Origin: an uncultured Candidatus Saccharibacteria bacterium | Lineage (GTDB): Bacteria > Patescibacteriota > WWE3 > 2-01-FULL-39-13 | Assembly (NCBI GenBank): GCA_965230915.1 | Contig: OZ246395.1 | Coordinates: forward strand, 472,935 to 536,934 | Direction: 5' to 3' | Length of the DNA stretch: 64,000 nt | Shown here: positions 59,601-64,000 of the stretch, one piece after another | Layout: each line of letters begins with the position of its first letter | How positions within the stretch are numbered: the first letter of the stretch is position 1 | Program-made: the position numbers and the translations under genes | The notes under the pieces: generated by a model | What the model was told of the DNA's origin: nothing | What the model saw: the letters and a program-made list of their open reading frames with translations, nothing else | The model's database searches: none

Positions 59601-59634
59601 TATTTTTTTTGAGTTTTTTTTGCCTTCTGTCCAT
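56572..59634 (-). CDS. Class A penicillin-binding protein paralog with a ~330-aa N-terminal cytoplasmic Pro/Lys repeat extension and an acidic C-terminal tail
   Basis: GT51 motifs (EDANFYEHNGLS, GGSTITQQLVKN), transpeptidase SSIKP and KTGTTNE. The N-terminal region before the TM contains many P-K-(I/V/M)-x-x-P-type repeats (KLPKFEAPKLTIPKIDIPKVQAPTIAVPQVQMPKMPEIPKVSIP…). The C-terminus is E/D/N-rich. Confidence 0.85.
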   Translation of the reverse strand: MDRRQKKLKKNKKTVKVTKIIPWYKKHFIFEVLYYIPLVYINLFRFLFKLAKNLYTAGINWVKTYSTSFWGAINTKIKAVKKSLKLPKFEAPKLTIPKIDIPKVQAPTIAVPQVQMPKMPEIPKVSIPSLDIKKYFVSEWKALIAELKDLAGLFIKGYLVSRTQIVRLAKVKIEIPDITINTPKIAWPEVRMPKIQVPALRMPKFALPSITFAIPSIFKSKKKVKVSKAAIKPVTPVKIVQTKAKVAGKKQKKPFFLGFTQFLSNVIKTTLLGILNVLLWPFRTIYKVLKAIFSFEVKFKLFSFRTFLFIAFFIGIYLGTAFYFVVWEDLPKVENLSINEPRQTTTIYDRKGNVLYRLYNDEDRSIVPLSSIPENLLHATIAIEDANFYEHNGLSIRGIIRAAKKTFLEDDMEGGSTITQQLVKNSLLTSERTYERKAKEAVMAVEVERMYSKDQILEMYLNRISYGGTAYGIKAAAKRYFGKDLESLSLGESAFLAGLPASPSKYSPFVGNYEAGKIRQKLVLDRMVASGYISQQDSDNAFNEQLEFKSPSERIIAPHFVNYVISELEDKYGQLMVMQGGLDVFTSIDIDLQTELESIVESEVSKLGKNRVSNGAALITDPKTGEILAMVGSKDYWDTENDGNVNITISPRQPGSSIKPVTYAMALENGYTISTVIEDNPITFKLGANNTYKPVNYDGKFHGRVTLKQALANSYNIPAVKLLDKFGVQALVDQAKSMGISTWNDSSRFGLSLTLGAGEVKMTDMAVVYGVFANGGYRKDLNPILKIYDSYGNIIEQNDCVDFLDEDTSILTRRAWFETNAMAATMTTENIPHNTCAKDKVLSEYTAYMISNVLTDNRARSAAFGSNSELNVTKKQFAVKTGTTNEEKDNWAIGYNDDYVVATWVGNNYNKPMVGLASGYVGSSTIWRKAVDYLIDSRPMASSITRPAGLIEVDICPLTNTLACSGCPNVTQLYEKGKEPKVACDPKVVRDILEKEEQKRKEREETDQEESENDNENSDN

Positions 59635-59830
59635 GGAGGTAAAAGTCTAACTATAAGACTCTGCGTATATTTTAAATTCATCCGCAATATGTGTCTATAG
59701 GTTCTTCGCTGACAAATTTGACCAAAATCCCCTCTTTCGCAAGTCATTTGGGTGATATTTTGACGATTTCTGTAATTTTATAAAAGGCTGAAGTCGTATA
59801 TAATTATGCAGTAATCTTGTAGATCCTTAT

Positions 59831-59904
59831 TGCCAGATCGTCTAATGGTAGGACAGCGGCCTTTGAAGCCGTCAATCATGGTTCGAGTCCATGTCTGGCA
59901 GCCA
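59831..59904 (+). tRNA. tRNA-Gln (anticodon TTG), U1-A72, encoded CCA
   Basis: TGCCAGATCGTCTAATGGTAGGACAGCGGCCTTTGAAGCCGTCAATCATGGTTCGAGTCCATGTCTGGCAGCCA; U1:A72 and discriminator G are typical of bacterial tRNA-Gln. Confidence 0.75.
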
Positions 59905-59913
59905 GATTAAATC

Positions 59914-61224
59914 ATGAGCGACGGATTAACTATTAACCCAGACATATCTATCTTTCAAGCCGAAAGATCTTCTAAACATATTACTGTACTAAGTGGTGTT
60001 AATAATTCAGGTAAATCTGCAGTTCTAAAAAGGATCAAAGCACAATTGGGAGTATCAGCCTACTTAATTGGACCTGTACGTTTTTATCATGTACATCAAC
60101 TTGCCTCGCAAGAAAAAGATCCTAACGAGCTACATAACCTCGAATCTCAATTTCAGCAACAATTTACACAAACCAATACAAATCACGAACAAAATTTCCT
60201 TAACTTAACAAATATCCTTATAAATCTTTCTGATACAGATAGAAATAAATTATTTGAAATATGTGGCGAACTCATCGGATCAAAATTTACATTAAAACAA
60301 ACTGACCCTAATAACATAATGAGTATGAGGTATATAGATATGGATGGACAAAATTTGGGGTTGGGAAGTACTGGAACTCGTCTATTAATGACTATGCTCG
60401 GAATATGTATGGATAAAAGGTTTACTACAATTTTAATTGATGAACCTGAACTGGGATTAAGTCCTAAGATCCAGGAAGCTTTTTCTGATTTCTTATTTAA
60501 TGAGAGTCGTAGATCTCAAATATTTCCACATCTAGAAAATATTTATATTGCTACTCACTCTCACCTTTTCTTAGATAGAAAGGATCCAGAAAATAACTTT
60601 ATAATTTCTAAGAACGGGAATACAGTTTCAATCACAAAAATTAAAACAATTAGCGAGCTGCATAGGCTTCAATTTAATCTATTAGGAAACTCACTAGAAA
60701 GAATTTTTCTACCATCAGCCTTCGTTATAGTTGAAGGTCCAAGTGATTTTAAATATTTAAAAAGACTCATCGAGTTGAAATTTCCTGACAAAAGAATAAC
60801 AATTGCAGATGGTCAAGGTGATGTAAAAAGGGTCGTAAATTCGACTATCGAGACTTTAGGTGGAGATCTCAATAAAAGCCCTTATAAAGATAGATTATTT
60901 GTTGTAAACGACTCAGTTACTTCCCCTGGATTAAAAGCTATTCTTGCACAAAAAGGTATTATTGGAGATAAATTCATATCTTGGGATAAAAATGGCATTG
61001 AATATTTATATCCTCCGAACATCCTAGGAGAAATATTTGGAATATCACCTGAAAAAATTTTAAATGAATTACAAATAAATAATGATGATATCGAAGTTAG
61101 GAGTATTAGTCGAAAGAAAAATTCATTGTCAGATGAAATTGTATCAAAGCTTACACCAGATACAGAATTACCAAAAGAACTCATAGATAAATTATTAGAA
61201 CCAATCCTCAGAGCTATTAGCTAA
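59914..61224 (+). CDS. OLD-family ATP-dependent nuclease-like protein (N-terminal ABC-type ATPase + C-terminal TOPRIM/DUF4435-like domain)
   Basis: Walker A LSGVNNSGKSAVL; Q/signature-like GLGSTGTRLLM; Walker B TILIDEPELGLSP; H-loop IATHSH; C-terminal FVIVEGPSD…IADGQGD…FVVNDS (TOPRIM-like E and DxD). It starts 10 nt after tRNA-Gln. Confidence 0.6.
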   Translation: MSDGLTINPDISIFQAERSSKHITVLSGVNNSGKSAVLKRIKAQLGVSAYLIGPVRFYHVHQLASQEKDPNELHNLESQFQQQFTQTNTNHEQNFLNLTNILINLSDTDRNKLFEICGELIGSKFTLKQTDPNNIMSMRYIDMDGQNLGLGSTGTRLLMTMLGICMDKRFTTILIDEPELGLSPKIQEAFSDFLFNESRRSQIFPHLENIYIATHSHLFLDRKDPENNFIISKNGNTVSITKIKTISELHRLQFNLLGNSLERIFLPSAFVIVEGPSDFKYLKRLIELKFPDKRITIADGQGDVKRVVNSTIETLGGDLNKSPYKDRLFVVNDSVTSPGLKAILAQKGIIGDKFISWDKNGIEYLYPPNILGEIFGISPEKILNELQINNDDIEVRSISRKKNSLSDEIVSKLTPDTELPKELIDKLLEPILRAIS

Positions 61225-61262
61225 AACTAGTTCGAACACCCTCTACAACAGCCAACCAAGAT

Positions 61263-61463
61263 TTATTTCTTATACTCCAAAATATCAGCGGGCTGACAAT
61301 CTAAAGCTTTGCAAATCGCTTCTAGAGTCGACAAACGAATAGCTTTGGCCTTGCCGTTTTTTAATATAGAAATATTTGCCATTGTAATGCCAACCTTCTC
61401 AGCTAATTCTGTAACACTCATCTTTCGTTTTGCCAACATAACATCAATATTTATTATTATCAT
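61263..61463 (-). CDS. XRE-family (Cro/C1-type) helix-turn-helix transcriptional regulator
   Basis: LAKRKMSVTELAEKVGITMANISILKNGKAKAIRLSTLEAICKALDCQPADILEY is the classic HTH_3 domain. Confidence 0.85.
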   Translation of the reverse strand: MIIINIDVMLAKRKMSVTELAEKVGITMANISILKNGKAKAIRLSTLEAICKALDCQPADILEYKK

Positions 61464-61473
61464 TTTGATCCTC

Positions 61474-61956
61474 TTAAACTGTTAAATCGTTTTCTGATTT
61501 TAAATCTATTCCGTTTTGTAAAATTCTTTGAACGACAGTTGCAAACGTAGCGATTACTACAAATATAAAAGTAGTATATATGCCTAAAGCAGCAACACCT
61601 GCTGCATCTTCACCATTAGCTTTAGCGTTCAGAATAATATAACCTTCACCAAAGAAAATGAATACAGGCAATGCAATTGCACAATATTTTATTTTTTTAA
61701 CCGCTTTTATAGCTGCCTCAGAAAAGACATTATTATCGTCTACATATTCCAAAAGTTTAAATGATTGGTAAAGTCCAATAAAAAATGGGATCGAAGCGAT
61801 GTATCCATAAATTATAAATGGATCAGTATAAATGTTAATTAAATCTAAATTTTGGGCCCTTCCTTCATTTAGCGGGAACATAATCAAGCCAGCAATTGCT
61901 GCAAGAGTAATAAGTATAATAACAACCTTTAAAAAAAATGTGGAAATAGGTTTCAT
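61474..61956 (-). CDS. DUF2975-like 4-TM membrane protein (partner of a small XRE regulator)
   Basis: Four TM helices, about 160 aa, immediately upstream of a 66-aa XRE protein. This is the arrangement typical of DUF2975/HTH pairs. Confidence 0.5.
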   Translation of the reverse strand: MKPISTFFLKVVIILITLAAIAGLIMFPLNEGRAQNLDLINIYTDPFIIYGYIASIPFFIGLYQSFKLLEYVDDNNVFSEAAIKAVKKIKYCAIALPVFIFFGEGYIILNAKANGEDAAGVAALGIYTTFIFVVIATFATVVQRILQNGIDLKSENDLTV

Positions 61957-62027
61957 AGATAAATAAATAATTAACTAACCAAATCTTAATACGTTATTTA
62001 TCGTTTGTCAATATATTTTTATCGTTA

Positions 62028-62573
62028 CTATTGCCCGCTGAAACTTTCTTTTAAATCTGCTGAGTACTTTTCCATAAGCTTATGGATTTTGGGGCTAATC
62101 ACAATATCACAGTAAGCGGCATCTTTATGATTATCATAATAATTCTTATGGTAATCTTCTGCCACAAAAAAGTTAGTATACGGAACAATTTCAGTAACTA
62201 TTTGATCTCTATAAATTTTTTGAATTTCTAGTTTTGCTTTTTCTGCTAAATCTTTTTGTTTTTCATCGTGATAAAAAATTACCGAACGATACTGTGGACC
62301 GACATCGTTTCCCTGGCGGTTTAATGTTGTCGGATTATGTGTATTAAAATGAACATCTAATAATTTTTCATATGAAATTACAGACGGATCAAATTCAATC
62401 TGAATTGCTTCAGCATGGCCCGTTCTACCCATAGAAACCTGATCGTAACTTGGGTTATCAACATGACCGCCGGCATACCCAGGTAAAACTGAGTTAACCC
62501 CTTTTAATCTTTTAAAAACCGCTTCTGTGCACCAAAAGCATCCGCCTGCAAATGTTGCTATTTCAGTCTTCAT
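62028..62573 (-). CDS. msrA: Peptide-methionine (S)-S-oxide reductase
   Basis: ATFAGGCFWCTEAVF catalytic motif. Confidence 0.9.
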   Translation of the reverse strand: MKTEIATFAGGCFWCTEAVFKRLKGVNSVLPGYAGGHVDNPSYDQVSMGRTGHAEAIQIEFDPSVISYEKLLDVHFNTHNPTTLNRQGNDVGPQYRSVIFYHDEKQKDLAEKAKLEIQKIYRDQIVTEIVPYTNFFVAEDYHKNYYDNHKDAAYCDIVISPKIHKLMEKYSADLKESFSGQ

Positions 62574-62955
62574 ATAAAACCTCCGGTAATGGTTGCCCTT
62601 CTTGAATAAATTTAATAGATGGAGAATTTACACAATGACGAGTGTCTTTATCAGTAATGTGTTCCCCTCGAAAGACATGGCCTAAATGTGCTCCACAGTT
62701 TGCGCATAAAATTTCTGTGCGGTATCCATCTGCATCAGTTTCTTCAAGTACTGCCTCTGGAAAAGTGTCATCAAAGGCTGGCCAACCGCAGTGAGCATCG
62801 AACTTTGCCTTCGAAGAAAAAAGTGGGTTATTACAACGTCTGCAAATAAAGGTTCCCTTTTCATAAAAATTATCATATTCGCCGGAGAATGGAGCTTCGG
62901 TCCCTTTTTGTTCAATTATGTATTTTTGATCATCGGTAAGTTTGTTATATGCCAT
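62563..62955 (-). CDS. msrB: Peptide-methionine (R)-S-oxide reductase
   Basis: SelR domain with zinc CxxC pairs (CRRCNNPLF, CANCGAHLGHVF) and the catalytic region RHCVNS. There is an 11-nt overlap with msrA. Confidence 0.9.
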   Translation of the reverse strand: MAYNKLTDDQKYIIEQKGTEAPFSGEYDNFYEKGTFICRRCNNPLFSSKAKFDAHCGWPAFDDTFPEAVLEETDADGYRTEILCANCGAHLGHVFRGEHITDKDTRHCVNSPSIKFIQEGQPLPEVLYED

Positions 62956-63026
62956 AAAGTGAGTATACCCTATTGATCCAGAAGATAATACTAATATAAT
63001 ATAATTATTATTTATTTATTTTTATA

Positions 63027-63788
63027 ATGAGTGATAAAATCTTAAATATAAAAGAAGCTAGCCAACTTCTAAACATACACTGGCAAACCGTTCGAAATTA
63101 TATAAATAGCGGAAAGCTTCCTGCTTCCAAGATTGGAAAAAATATAAGGATTAGGGAGTCAGATGTAATAAGACTATTAAATGGTACTTCTTCTGAATCC
63201 GAGAATGTTGAAATAGAGTTGAGATTTCTAACAGAAAAAAGAACTCAAATAGAGGAAAAATTGTTAAAGATGGGAGCAAAAGTAAGCTACCATGCACTTG
63301 TTATTGACCACTGGTATATCCCGAACGAAATAAAAAATCTAGAAGAGAAGAATGAATATTTTGATACAGGAAAAGGGTTCGGACTAAGGATACGCGAGCA
63401 AGACAATGACTATGTTGGAAAAATGAACACAAGCCTTGAGGTTAAAAGACTAGTAACACCCTTTCAGCATGATACATGCATAGAACAGGAAATCCCAGTT
63501 ACTTCATATGATGAAACAGATAGATTATTAAGACTTATGAATTTTAAAGAGTTTATAACTATAGAAAAAGATAGACTAATTTATAAACTTAAAGATATAA
63601 AAGTTGTAATTGATGATATCAAAAATTTTGCGACGGGAGTTGAAATAGAAATAATGACAAATAAAGGTAGAGACTTCGCAATACCAATTATCAAAAATTT
63701 GGCTGAAGAACTTGGCTTAGATCTAGCTAACGAACTAACTGAGAAAAGCGTCACATATGAAGCAATGGTAAAACTTGCAATATTTTAA
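63027..63788 (+). CDS. Fusion protein: N-terminal excisionase/MerR-like HTH (HTH_17) + C-terminal CYTH-like domain
   Basis: LNIKEASQLLNIHWQTVRNYINSGKLPASKIGKNIRIRESDV is an Xis/MerR-type HTH. It is followed by VEIELRFL (ExExK-like CYTH signature) and downstream E/K/R tunnel-like residues (FGLRIREQD, VEIEIMT). Confidence 0.5.
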   Translation: MSDKILNIKEASQLLNIHWQTVRNYINSGKLPASKIGKNIRIRESDVIRLLNGTSSESENVEIELRFLTEKRTQIEEKLLKMGAKVSYHALVIDHWYIPNEIKNLEEKNEYFDTGKGFGLRIREQDNDYVGKMNTSLEVKRLVTPFQHDTCIEQEIPVTSYDETDRLLRLMNFKEFITIEKDRLIYKLKDIKVVIDDIKNFATGVEIEIMTNKGRDFAIPIIKNLAEELGLDLANELTEKSVTYEAMVKLAIF

Positions 63789-63865
63789 ACAAAAAGCCCA
63801 GACCTATTTCGTTACCAAAAGTTCGGTAATAAAATAGATCTGGGTACAACCATAGATAGGCACAA

Positions 63866-64000
63866 ACCTTAGGCATCCGTAGGCATCAACCCTGCAATTA
63901 TTCCCTCAAGCCTAGGATCAATCTCCAGGAACCTACGCAGATACTCTAAACGTGGAGACCCAGCTATAGCAAACCAGACTGGGATATGCCATGACTGTCC
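63866..64000 (-). CDS. Probable 3' end of a GC-rich gene continuing beyond the window
   Basis: Open frame on the minus strand from the window edge to TAA at 63867-63869; GC content is higher than the flanks. The gene is partial. Confidence 0.25.

Noticed and set aside
1-64000. CRISPR arrays, rRNA genes, integrases/transposases, alternative genetic code
   Set aside because: No regularly spaced direct repeats and no rRNA-like conserved segments were seen. No tyrosine/serine recombinase or DDE motifs appear in any ORF. Very long ORFs read through under the standard code, so UGA recoding is not indicated.

Overview
Low-GC window (roughly mid-30s % GC by eye), gene-dense, with short intergenic spacers; the genome looks like a small bacterium, possibly a Candidate Phyla Radiation (Patescibacteria)-like lineage. 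Standard genetic code (very long ORFs contain no in-frame TGA problem). Recognisable housekeeping content: the conserved thrS-infC-rpmI-rplT-pheS-pheT operon (infC with a non-AUG start), clpP-tig, hrcA-grpE-dnaK-dnaJ followed directly by a PolX gene, trmD, rsmA/ksgA, sodA, msrA-msrB, two class-A PBP paralogs, a MacAB/HlyD-type ABC efflux operon, sortase, subtilisin and a cyclophilin. tRNA genes are unusually dense (14 read by eye) and mostly sit in clusters. The islands next to those tRNAs and other anomalies are: (i) a clearly GC-rich gene for a multi-Cna-B/SpaA-like surface protein; (ii) a GC-rich Nudix gene and a GC-rich standalone receiver domain; (iii) a CYTH+Nudix pair; (iv) an orphan cassette of three unrecognisable genes around tRNA-Lys, with a membrane-protein/soluble-protein ATGA overlap; (v) an OLD-family ABC-ATPase/TOPRIM nuclease directly downstream of tRNA-Gln, next to an XRE-HTH + DUF2975-like pair (candidate defence islet); (vi) an HTH(Xis/MerR-like)-CYTH fusion at the window edge; (vii) a GC-rich 95-aa gene coupled to an unannotated 36-aa hydrophobic peptide gene with a perfect Shine-Dalgarno. 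No rRNA, CRISPR array, integrase or transposase was seen. All coordinates and tRNA anticodon assignments were read by eye and should be confirmed computationally.
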